This document shows, piece after piece, positions 9,928 to 19,679 of a stretch of 64,000 nucleotides of DNA; positions within the stretch are counted from its first letter, which is position 1, and the number at the start of each line of letters is the position of its first letter. Origin of the DNA: Candidatus Cloacimonadales bacterium. Its GTDB lineage: Bacteria > Cloacimonadota > Cloacimonadia > Cloacimonadales > JAFGVF01. The notes under the pieces were generated by a model, which had not been told where the DNA came from, did no database searches, and saw only the letters and a list, made by a program, of their open reading frames with translations. Where the stretch lies: contig OY759729.1 of NCBI GenBank assembly GCA_963662585.1, positions 1,728,001-1,792,000 on the forward strand, written 5' to 3'. The position numbers were made by a program, and so were the translations under genes.

Positions 9928-12459
9928 ATGAAAAAGATAAATGTAATCTTACTTATAACTATCTGGGCATTTTCAGCTTTCTCATTAGAACGATGGGAAG
10001 TTTACACTAATACAAGTCATATCTATCAAACATTATTAAATGGTTCTGAATTAATCTCGGCCTCATGGGGCGGAATTGAAGAGTATAATATTTCAGATTC
10101 TTCAGAAGACTTATCCATAGAACTAAAAAATAAATATACGACTATCAATGGTTTATCGAGTAATGAAGTAAGAACAATCTTTATTCAAAATAATAAACTT
10201 TGGGCAGGAACTTATAACGATGGAGTATCTATTATTGATGATGGTAAAGTCTTCTTAATAAACGCAGATACAGGTCTTCTATCCAACAAAGTAATTGCCA
10301 TTAAAGCTATAGGAGAATTAGTTTTTGTAGTTACAGAAGGTGGTTTTTCAACCTTCTATACTCTCGACGAAATATCTTTCCCTATTCTCTCTAGAAAATA
10401 CTCAGAGACATCAACTGCAGGCGCTTTAGCATCTGATACTATTAATGATATTATTGTTTACCAAGACTATATTTTCCTAGCCACAGATGATGGTTTAACC
10501 TACTTTCCTGTAACTTCTCTAGATAACTTTAATGAATGGGAGACCATACTCTCTATAAATTCTTCCCTGGCAAATAATAAAGTTAATAAATTAGCAGTCT
10601 ATGAAAACCAACTCACGCTAGTCCAAAACAATACTATTCAAGTAGTATCAGACTTCTTTACTAATCCAAACTGGGAAACTTATCTTATCCCAGGCACAGA
10701 GGATAACCAAGCTTCCATAAGCGCTGTAAATCACGATGCTGAAGGTAATGTTATTTTTGCTACTGGAGTATGGAGTGAAGAATTAACTACTATGAGTGAA
10801 TTAAGCTCATCTATTCTACAAATGATTGATCAAGAAGGGAATATTCAAGCTTTATTAACAAGTGATAGTCCAATTTATAAATTAAATAATGATGGCCAAA
10901 CTAGCCAGCTTACAAGAATTAGTGAAATTGGCATTCAATCAATTGATCTTGTAGCAGACAAAATAATTTTATCTACCTGGGGAGCAGGAATTTTTATCTA
11001 TGAAAATTCTAACTGGTATCAATTAGAACCAAATGGAATAGGCTTCAATGCTATAAACTTCCTTACAGTAGATCAAAACCATCACCTCTGGGCATCATGC
11101 GGTTACTATGGAATAAATGCCTTAAGAAAAGGAGCAAGAGGTGTAAGTACTTTGGCTGGTTCAGATTGGACAAGCTATAATATGAGTAACTCCCCCCTTC
11201 AAAGTGACAATATTAATTCTATCACTGTTGGACTAGATAATAAAAAATGGTTCGGATCTTGGTATGCCTCCCCTGAACATCCACAAAATTGGCAAGGTGG
11301 TGCTACTTATTTTGATGAAGAAAACAATAAATGGAGATTGTATAGTAGTAGAGGTGTCTTTGATTATAATTCTGATACAGAATCTTATTCTGACCTCCTA
11401 ACTAATATCCCTAAGCTTCCTTCTCAAACTGTTTCCTACCTCAATACCGATCTTAAAGGAAATATCATGATGTCCCTCCAAAGTTACGGTATCGCTTTCT
11501 TTTCCCCTAACGGAGATGAAAGATTAGCAATTTCACCACTTTACGGATCAACTGCTCAATTTACCAGATTATCATTTAATAATGAGTTTGGCTACTTCTT
11601 TAGTAAATCCGCCTCGGCTGCCGGAGAATCAGCTGGACTCCTCCACTGGGACTCTCAAGAATTACCCCAAGATGGAAATATAAGCAATTGGAGCTCTATC
11701 CCTGTCTCAGAAATTAGATCAAGTGTTATCAATGATATGATAGAAGTTTCCACTCCTTATGGTAAACAAATGTGGATTGCTGGCAATAATGGACTCTACA
11801 TGTATAATGGTAACGATTGGTATCGTTATGGAATAGATATCAAAAGAGAAATCTGGTCAGGTTCAAATTGGGCGATAGATACCCGTTATATTGTTGGAGA
11901 AACAAAACTTTTTGCTTCCCAAGAAACTCATCCTACAGCCCTAGCAATTGATGATTATGGTTGCCTTTGGATTGGTTCTTATAATGCAGGTCTAACAAAA
12001 TTCGACACTAATACTGAGGAGTATTTTATTTATGATAAAGCATCCTACCCACTAATATCAGACCAAATAACGGCTTTAGCTTACGAAGCTCAATCTGGTA
12101 AACTATTTATTGGTGCTGCTGAAGGTTTATGTTCACTCACCGTAGGAAGCTCAATAAACACTCAAAAAGACTTTAATAAAGTAGTTGCTGTCCCAAATCC
12201 TTTCTACCCTGAAAGAGGCGACATCGTAAGAATATTCAACGAACCAGGCGATTTTATGCCTAACTCAGCTAAAGTATGTAAGATTTTTGATAAATCAGGA
12301 CAACTCGTCTATGATATCCCTCTAAATAAATATCAATCCTTCAGCTGGGACGGAAATAATAAAAAAGGTAAGAAATGTAGCTCAGGTGTTTATTTCTTTG
12401 TTATTAGTAGCAATAATGGTGAGACTGTAAAAGGGAAAATAGCGCTGATAAGAAATTAA
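9928..12459 (+). CDS. PorZ-like beta-propeller protein with C-terminal FlgD-Ig/T9SS-CTD-like domain
   Basis: Signal peptide; repeated GLSSN/LWxGT propeller blades; C-terminal VPNPF...WDGNNKKGKKCSSGVYF. Confidence 0.7.
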   Translation: MKKINVILLITIWAFSAFSLERWEVYTNTSHIYQTLLNGSELISASWGGIEEYNISDSSEDLSIELKNKYTTINGLSSNEVRTIFIQNNKLWAGTYNDGVSIIDDGKVFLINADTGLLSNKVIAIKAIGELVFVVTEGGFSTFYTLDEISFPILSRKYSETSTAGALASDTINDIIVYQDYIFLATDDGLTYFPVTSLDNFNEWETILSINSSLANNKVNKLAVYENQLTLVQNNTIQVVSDFFTNPNWETYLIPGTEDNQASISAVNHDAEGNVIFATGVWSEELTTMSELSSSILQMIDQEGNIQALLTSDSPIYKLNNDGQTSQLTRISEIGIQSIDLVADKIILSTWGAGIFIYENSNWYQLEPNGIGFNAINFLTVDQNHHLWASCGYYGINALRKGARGVSTLAGSDWTSYNMSNSPLQSDNINSITVGLDNKKWFGSWYASPEHPQNWQGGATYFDEENNKWRLYSSRGVFDYNSDTESYSDLLTNIPKLPSQTVSYLNTDLKGNIMMSLQSYGIAFFSPNGDERLAISPLYGSTAQFTRLSFNNEFGYFFSKSASAAGESAGLLHWDSQELPQDGNISNWSSIPVSEIRSSVINDMIEVSTPYGKQMWIAGNNGLYMYNGNDWYRYGIDIKREIWSGSNWAIDTRYIVGETKLFASQETHPTALAIDDYGCLWIGSYNAGLTKFDTNTEEYFIYDKASYPLISDQITALAYEAQSGKLFIGAAEGLCSLTVGSSINTQKDFNKVVAVPNPFYPERGDIVRIFNEPGDFMPNSAKVCKIFDKSGQLVYDIPLNKYQSFSWDGNNKKGKKCSSGVYFFVISSNNGETVKGKIALIRN

Positions 12460-14575
12460 GAATGGAGAATTGAGAATGGAGAATTAAAAGATGAGGGGCT
12501 TCTTAACTGGGAATGTGGGCTTCCAGCCCGCCTCATTGCGAGGCAATGATAATCCATCTTCTGCCGGATTGCATGCACCCTTGCATGCGAAAAACCTTAT
12601 AAAAATCTAATATTATCTTCTTATTGTCTAATATGGAAGCAGAAACGCTTCCGCTTTATAGAAGAAAACACCCCCTGTGTCCCCCTCACGGAGGGGGATT
12701 TAAGATTCACGGACTAAAGGTCCGTAACCCCAGTTATTAAATCCCGAAGGGATTAAATAGATTAGCCCAGGGTCTCATTTTTTGAAGAAAAATTGACCCT
12801 GGGTATGGCAAACCAATATTCGTGTAACCCTGTAAGGGTTTAATAGAGAAAATAATAATTGCTAAAAAATCGGTCAAATTATTTAAGAATGGACATTTAC
12901 ACTAATTAACGCGAATTAAAAGGAATTTTCACGAATGTAGGGGCCTATTGCCATACACCTTCTTGAAAAATCCCTTAACACAGAGTAAAGATGAGTTTTA
13001 AGAAGAGTTTCACAGAGTTTTAGTAAAGTTTTGAGAATGTGATAAGATCTCTTCTGTCGGATAGTGGAGATTCTCTCCGCTGTGAATTGGTAAGTAGCAG
13101 ATGAATAGTGTTTAAACTGATAGAAAATCTAGAAATACCAGTTTCTAATGTGGAAGCAGAGACGCTTCCACTCCATAGAAAAAAAACACCCCCTGTGTCC
13201 CCCTCACGGAGGGGGATTTAAGATTCACGGACTAAAGGTCCGTAACCCCAGTTAATCACTAAAGATTAAAGTTTACAACAACATGATAATCCCTCTTCTG
13301 CCGGATTGCATGCACCCTTGCATGCGAAAAACCTTATAAAAATCTAATATTATCTTATTATTGTCTTATGTGGAAGCAGAGACGCTTCCACTCCATAGAA
13401 GGAAACACCCCCTGTGTCCCCCTCACGGAGGGGGGATTTAAGATTCACGGACTAAAGGTCCGTAACCCCAGTTAATCACTAAAGATGATAGTTTACAACA
13501 ACATGATAATCCCTCTTCTGCCGGATTGCATGCACCCTTGCATGCGAAAAACCTTATAAAAATCTAATATTATCTTATTATTGTCTTATGTGGAAGCAGA
13601 AACGCTTCCACTCCATAGAAGGAAACACCCCCTGTGTCCCCCTCACGGAGGGGGGATTTAAGATTCACGGACTAAAGGTCCGTAACCCCAGTTAATCACT
13701 AAACCCCAGTCTATTGCATGCACCCTTTTAAAAAATCTAATATTCACGGATAGAAAAAAAACCCCTGGTCCTCACGGAGGGGGATTTAAGATTCACGGAC
13801 CCCAGTTCTTAAATCCCGAAGGGATGCCATATAATAGGGAGTCACGAATTAGGGGGCCTATTGCCATACACCTTCTTGAAAAATCCCTTAACACAGAGTA
13901 AAGATGAGTTTTAAGAAGAGTTTCACAGAGTTTTAGTAAAGTTTTGAGAATGTGATAAGATCTCTTCTGTCGGATAGTGGAGATTCTCTCCGCTGTGAAT
14001 TGGTAAGTAGCAGATGAATAGTGTTTAAACTGATAGAAAATCTAGAAATACCAGTTTCTAATGTGGAAGCAGAGACGCTTCCACTCCATAGAAAAAAAAC
14101 ACCCCCTGTGTCCCCCTCACGGAGGGGGATTTAAGATTCACGGACTAAAGGTCCGTAACCCCAGTTAATCACTAAAGATTAAAGTTTACAACAACATGAT
14201 AATCCCTCTTCTGCCGGATTGCATGCACCCTTGCATGCGAAAAACCTTATAAAAATCTAATATTATCTTATTATTGTCTTATGTGGAAGCAGAGACGCTT
14301 CCACTCCATAGAAAAAAACACCCCCTGTGTCCCCCTCACAGAGGGGAATTTAAGATTCACGGACTAAAGGTCCCTAACCCCAGTTATTTAAGATTCACGG
14401 ACTAAAGGTCCGTAACCCCAGTTCTTAAATCCCGAAGGGATGCCATATAATAGGGAGTGTTCGTAAGACACTCCTAAAGTCACGACAAAAAGATAGCCCT
14501 GCAGGGGCGACATATACTAAAAAAAGTAAAAGAAAATAAGCTATCCACTAATTTCAAAAATTGCACGAATAAAAT
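12459..14575. repeat. Mosaic intergenic cluster of several palindromic repeat families with tandem duplications
   Basis: 220-bp period (13149, 13369, 13589; 14062, 14282). About 460 bp from 12941 is duplicated at 13854 (offset 913). Includes 5 exact copies of the 40-bp DUF559-flanking repeat. Confidence 0.9.
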
Positions 14576-14725
14576 AGAAAAGACTTATAGAAATACAAAT
14601 ACCTTTCACACGAATTAAATCAAATTATTTATGATTGGAATGTCAGCTATTCTCTTAATTCCCCTTCCCTCTTAAAAGCATTTATGCTATCCATTCACTT
14701 CCTAAAAATTAATCTCATGAGATAA

Positions 14726-15100
14726 TTATCCACATTTTATACACATACCTATATTAAGAGGCTTTTCTTTAAATAACTTTCTTCCATCTTCCTAAAAATT
14801 AAGGACTTATATCAAAAAGTAACAATTAGAGAAAAACTGCATAAAACCGGGCTTTTACCGACTTCTACACACCTGTGGATAAGTATTAGTGAATAAACAA
14901 GTATAACTCAAAAAGAAAGACACTTATCACTTATCTATTGTGGATAAAGAGGTATAACTAAGAAACTTATACACACAATACACACAATGACAATTGTTTT
15001 TAAGACTACTATTTTGCAGAATCTTATAATTTATCTTGACGAGTTATCCATATATCCACACACTCTACTACTACTACTAATTAATAAAAAGAAAAGGTAT
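14726..15100. other. oriC: Probable chromosomal replication origin (oriC)
   Basis: TTATCCACA 14726; TTATACACA 14737 and 14967; TGTGGATAA 14874 and 14939; tandem near-consensus boxes 15044-15060; then (CTA)5 DnaA-trios 15065-15079 and an AT-rich tract. Confidence 0.82.
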
Positions 15101-15106
15101 TATAAT

Positions 15107-16348
15107 ATGTATTTAATGATTAAGAGAGTCTTATTTTGGGTAACTTTTACACTTGTAATTTTAGGATGTACAGATAAAGAAAATGGGATAAATATTACCC
15201 AGTCTAATTTGCACCCACTCGCTGGAGAGATAAATTCAATTACTGAAGAATTTAGTTTCAGAGATGAAATATCTGTCAATGGAGAAAATAACAAACTTCT
15301 TGTAAGTAATACAGAAGAACTTGAATCTCAGGCTATTCTAAGCTTCGCATATATTCCAGATAATATTGAATATATAAATGATGCTACTTTAACCTTATAT
15401 TCTGATTTAAAACCTTATGGTGATATGGAATTCAAAATAAAGCGCTTAGATCAAGAATATTTAGAAGCAGAAGCTAACTGGGAAGAAGCTAGCGAAGGTG
15501 TAAGCTGGGATCAAGAACTAATTTTTGATTCTGTTATTGAACCTGTAGTTTTTTCTGACACAATTGCAGCTTCAATTGATTCATTAGTATTTAATATCTC
15601 CGCAGAAGAAATAATTACTTGGTCTGAATCTGATCAAGCTCTATTTTCAATCATTATTTATACTGAATCTGATAATTATATAGAACTACTTTCTTCAGAA
15701 AATACTAAAAATCCTGTTTTAAAATTTACTTATAAACTAAATAGTGATGCAAGCGATGCTGAAGATAGAGAGTATGAGAGAAATTCCTTCAAGGATACCT
15801 CTATTATCAACGACAAGCTCGGTTCAGACCTAACTCTAAATAACACCCTAAAAATTAGTAACTTGCCTCCTATGAGGTCTTTTATGAAGTTTGAAGTAGA
15901 TACTACAACTTTAGTTGATCAGGATGGGGAAGGGCTTTCTGAATATCAAATTAATCATCTTACTGTTAATGAAGCTTATCTTAGATTATATGTAAAAGAG
16001 ACTTCTGTTCTTCCTGAAAGTAGAATAATTTATCTTACTCCCTTTAGAGTTAAATCAGAAATTACTGATCCTGCTGTTATTGATTCCGATAACCTAGAAT
16101 ATCTTATAAACACAGGAACTTCTATTGCTACAATAAAAGCTGAACCAGACTCAACTCAATTTATTGATTTAAAAATAACTCCAATTTTACAAGGCTTTAT
16201 CTCAGGTGAAAAAGAGAACTTCGGGATTTCTTTTAGATCTTCTTTCCAATCAAGTAATTTTAATTGGGTAGAATTCTGGGGAAATGATGCCACTGATGAA
16301 AGCTTAAGACCTAAATTGCATTTTGTTTATACTTTACCGATGGAGTAA
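15107..16348 (+). CDS. Lipoprotein with DNRLRE-like domains
   Basis: Start moved from 14987 (which lies inside oriC) to ATG 15107 or 15116; lipobox ILGC; EANW and LRPKL motifs. Confidence 0.65.
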   Translation: MYLMIKRVLFWVTFTLVILGCTDKENGINITQSNLHPLAGEINSITEEFSFRDEISVNGENNKLLVSNTEELESQAILSFAYIPDNIEYINDATLTLYSDLKPYGDMEFKIKRLDQEYLEAEANWEEASEGVSWDQELIFDSVIEPVVFSDTIAASIDSLVFNISAEEIITWSESDQALFSIIIYTESDNYIELLSSENTKNPVLKFTYKLNSDASDAEDREYERNSFKDTSIINDKLGSDLTLNNTLKISNLPPMRSFMKFEVDTTTLVDQDGEGLSEYQINHLTVNEAYLRLYVKETSVLPESRIIYLTPFRVKSEITDPAVIDSDNLEYLINTGTSIATIKAEPDSTQFIDLKITPILQGFISGEKENFGISFRSSFQSSNFNWVEFWGNDATDESLRPKLHFVYTLPME

Positions 16349-16365
16349 GAATTAAAAGAAAAATT

Positions 16366-16722
16366 CTATCCACGAATTACACAAATTTCACTAATTAAGA
16401 AAATATCCCGAAGGGATTAAATAAGTTAGCCCAGGGTCTCATTTTTCAAAGAAAAATTAACCCTTGGTAGGGTATACCAATATTCGTGTAACCCTGTAAG
16501 GGTTAGATAGACATAAACAATAATTGAAATAAAACAGTCAGATTATTTAGGACAGGAAAGATGTTTGCGTAATATTGCTGTGTAAAAAGGAATAAATTTA
16601 AATCTTGCTGGGAATTATCCCGAAGGGATTAAAATATGATAGCCCAGGGTCTCATTTTTCAAAGAAAAATTGAACCTGGGTAGGGATTCTTCAAGAATCC
16701 TAACCCTGTAGGGGTTGCATAG
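16366..16722. repeat. One CAC-periodic repeat plus two three-hairpin REP-like units
   Basis: CTATCCACGAATTACACAAATTTCACTAATT. ATCCCGAAGGGAT...TAGCCCAGGG...AACCCTGTA(A/G)GGGTT at about 16405 and 16617; a further copy at about 12740. Confidence 0.8.
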
Positions 16723-16737
16723 GGGATGTCGATATCT

Positions 16738-17319
16738 TCTTAAATCCCCCTCCGTGAGGGGGACACAGGGGGTGTTTCAATATCTTTTTAAATCTCCCTC
16801 CGCGAGGGGAAAACAGTGGGTTTTTTCAATATTTCTTGGATATCTATTGGTTGGAGGATAAATGAATAAACTAAAATTGGAAGCTTATAGATTTCCTTAT
16901 AATGAAAATCTAAAAGATAAAGCCAGGTTTCTAAGAAATAACCAAACTAAAGCTGAAAAGAAGCTCTGGTATCAATATCTTTCGCCTCATAAAGTAAAAT
17001 TTAATAGACAAAAAATTATAGATAATTTTATTGTAGATTTTTATTGTGCAAGATTTAAGTTAGTAATTGAAATTGATGGTGAATCACATAATAGTGAAGA
17101 AACTAACATGAATGATAAAAAAAGAACTGAGATATTAAGTTCTTATGGATTAACAGTAATTAGATTTTCTAATTATCAGATATATGAATATTTCGAAGCT
17201 GTAATTGAAGAAATAGAACTTTATCTACATTGATATTTTACCAATGTGTCTTCTTCACAGAGATGATTAAAAATATAATAAACACCCCCTTTGTCCCCCT
17301 CGCGGAGGGGGATATAAGA
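16738..17319. mobile_element. DUF559 gene bracketed by 40-bp inverted repeats
   Basis: 16738-16777 and 17280-17319 are reverse complements at 37/40 positions. Confidence 0.7.
16862..17233 (+). CDS. DUF559 / Vsr-like endonuclease-domain protein
   Basis: ARFLRNNQTKAEKKLW, FNRQ, IVDFYC, LVIEIDGESH, VIRFSN. Confidence 0.92.
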   Translation: MNKLKLEAYRFPYNENLKDKARFLRNNQTKAEKKLWYQYLSPHKVKFNRQKIIDNFIVDFYCARFKLVIEIDGESHNSEETNMNDKKRTEILSSYGLTVIRFSNYQIYEYFEAVIEEIELYLH

Positions 17320-17340
17320 GGAAAGGAAACTAAATAAACT

Positions 17341-18597
17341 ATGAAAAAACACATATTAATACTCATATTAATAATGACAAGTCTTCTTGCGAGTGCTGAA
17401 GTACTAGACAGAATAATAGCTAAAATAGGTAATGACATTCTTTTACAGTCTGACCTACAAAAGCAGATGATGCAAATGCAGGCAGCAGGAATGCTCAATG
17501 ACTCTATTACTGAGCAAGATGTTCTGGATCAAATGGTGGAATTCAAATTGGTAGTTCAAAAAGCTAAAGACCTTGATTATGTAATTAATGAAGATAAAAT
17601 AAATTCTATGGCTGAAAGTAGGATTGCTGAAATTAGAAGTAGTTTTGAATCTGAAACAGAATTCCTTAACGAGCTTAAAAAAAGTAATATGAATAGATTT
17701 GATCTGCTAAACTATTTTAAAGATATGTTTAAAGAACAGTCACTTAGAGAGCAAGTTGTTCGTTATGAAATTGATTCTAAAATTGAAGTTAGTGATGAAG
17801 AGATAGAGGAATTCTATAATCTCCACAAATCTGAACTTCCTCTTCGTAAGCCTTCTAATAAATTAGGAATGATCTTACTTCAAATCAAAGCAAGTGATAA
17901 AACTAAAAAACAGAGATATAAAGAGTTAGAACAGATTTATGAAAGAATTTCTAGGGGAGAATCATTTGCTGATTTAGCAAAAAAATATAGTGATTGTGGT
18001 TCTGCTAGTGCTGGGGGAGACCTTGGTTACTTCGGAAGAGGGGAAATGGTCAAAACTTTTGAAAATACTGCCTATTCTCTCAAACCTGGGGAAGTATCTG
18101 ATATTATCGAAACTCAATTCGGTTATCACATCATAAAATTAGAGGATATTAAAGAGAATCAAGTTCGGGCAAGACACATTCTAAAAGCTTTAACTCCTAC
18201 GAAATTAGATTCTACTGCTAATTATAAACTTATGCAACAAATTGTCCAAAGATATAAGGATGGTGAAGATTTTGGTAAACTGGCTAGAAATTACTCAGAT
18301 GATCAAACTTCAGCTCTTAATAACGGAGTCATTGGTATTTTCCCTAAAGGTGAGTACCCACCTCTCTATGAAGAGTATTATAAAGATTTACAAGCTGGTC
18401 AAATCTCTGATATTATCTTAATTGAAGATATGTATTATCTCTTTGCTAATCTTGAAGATGTACCTGAAGGCCCTTATGAGTTATCAGAAATTAAGGATAA
18501 AGTGAAAGAAATGGCTTTTATGGAAAAAAAACAACAGTTTTATCAAAACTGGATAAATGATATTAAGCAAGAAATCTATGTCGAAATCCTTAATTAA
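17341..18597 (+). CDS. surA: SurA-like chaperone / parvulin peptidyl-prolyl isomerase
   Basis: Signal peptide, LDRIIAKIG, two rotamase domains (FADLAKKYSD...GGDLG...ETQFGYHIIK). Confidence 0.85.
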   Translation: MKKHILILILIMTSLLASAEVLDRIIAKIGNDILLQSDLQKQMMQMQAAGMLNDSITEQDVLDQMVEFKLVVQKAKDLDYVINEDKINSMAESRIAEIRSSFESETEFLNELKKSNMNRFDLLNYFKDMFKEQSLREQVVRYEIDSKIEVSDEEIEEFYNLHKSELPLRKPSNKLGMILLQIKASDKTKKQRYKELEQIYERISRGESFADLAKKYSDCGSASAGGDLGYFGRGEMVKTFENTAYSLKPGEVSDIIETQFGYHIIKLEDIKENQVRARHILKALTPTKLDSTANYKLMQQIVQRYKDGEDFGKLARNYSDDQTSALNNGVIGIFPKGEYPPLYEEYYKDLQAGQISDIILIEDMYYLFANLEDVPEGPYELSEIKDKVKEMAFMEKKQQFYQNWINDIKQEIYVEILN

Positions 18598-19180
18598 AAA
18601 TTATCATGAATTAATAGCTACTTTCTTCTTAGTAGGGAAAGTACCTAAAGCTCCAGGAACCTTCGGAACTCTGGTAGCTGCTATAATTTACTACTACCTA
18701 CCAAGAATATTCGCTCTTATCCCCTTCCGCGAGGGGGACACAGGGGGTGTTTTAACTGGGAATGCGGGAACTCTAACTGGGAATGTGGGCATCCTGCCCG
18801 CGAATGGTAATACTACCATTATTCCCCTCTTCTACGATTCCCCTTTCTGGCTACTCTTTCTAATAGCCTTTTTCTTCCTAGGTGTTTACTCTTCAACTAA
18901 AGCAGAAGAGACCATGGGACACGACAATGGCCATATTGTTATAGACGAAGTTTTAGGGTATTGGGTTGCTCTTTATCTTTTTGAACCATCCCCATATTAC
19001 ATAATTTTCGGATTCCTTTTATTTAGACTTTTCGATATTGCAAAACCATACCCAATTAATAAAGTCCAAAATCTCCCTAAAGGTTGGGGAGTTATGGTAG
19101 ATGATATTTTAGCAGGTGTTTATACTGCTGTTGTCTTGCTTATTATTGATTTAATTTGGTTGATTGTAAAACCTAACTAA
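18578..19180 (+). CDS. pgpA: Phosphatidylglycerophosphatase A with repeat-derived in-frame insertion
   Basis: APGTFGT, IVIDEVLG, FRLFDIAKPYPI, GWGVMVDDILAG; probable start ATG 18578. Confidence 0.92.
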   Translation: MSKSLIKNYHELIATFFLVGKVPKAPGTFGTLVAAIIYYYLPRIFALIPFREGDTGGVLTGNAGTLTGNVGILPANGNTTIIPLFYDSPFWLLFLIAFFFLGVYSSTKAEETMGHDNGHIVIDEVLGYWVALYLFEPSPYYIIFGFLLFRLFDIAKPYPINKVQNLPKGWGVMVDDILAGVYTAVVLLIIDLIWLIVKPN

Positions 19181-19185
19181 GATAA

Positions 19186-19485
19186 TTTATCCACTGATTT
19201 CACGCAATGCAATAAGAGTAAGAACCTTAACACAGAGTTTTTGTAGGGTGCTAATCATTATTAGCCTTTTTAAAAGAATATTTAGCCACAAATAACACCA
19301 ATAAACACGAATAAGAAAATAATATTCAATGTCCACAGATTACACTGATTCACACTGATTATTAAGAATAAAAAAAAAGCTATTTAAATTATCGTTTTTT
19401 TTAGTGATATCGGTTATTAAATTATTCTTCCTTTTTTTTTGTGTTCTTTGTGTCTTGGTGGTAAAAAAAATATAAATGGAAGTTA
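19186..19485. repeat. Cluster of CAC-periodic (GxxExxY-type) repeats
   Basis: TTTAGCCACAAATAACACCAATAAACACGAAT, TGTCCACAGATTACACTGATTCACACTGATT, TTTGTGTTCTTTGTGTCTTGGTGGT. Confidence 0.8.
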
Positions 19486-19679
19486 AAACTGCTACACCTA
19501 ATCCCCTTCAGCGATATGAGTAGGAAATAAATTGACTTAACTGGGAGTACATAGATAGGACTCAATTTTTGTATCTTTTTTATCTATATTTCTGCCCTCT
19601 ATTCTTTTTTCCTTGACTACAAAGCTCTCTTTCAGATTAGATACATTTAATTAAGTACAAAATGGAGAATTATTAATAG

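Noticed and set aside
12460..14700. tRNA or rRNA genes in the long non-coding gap
   Set aside because: No cloverleaf or rRNA signature recognised; the sequence is explained by repeats and origin-proximal DNA.
14987..15106. N-terminal 40 aa of ORF 14987..16348
   Set aside because: Overlaps DnaA boxes and trios; the lipoprotein signal begins at 15107 or 15116.
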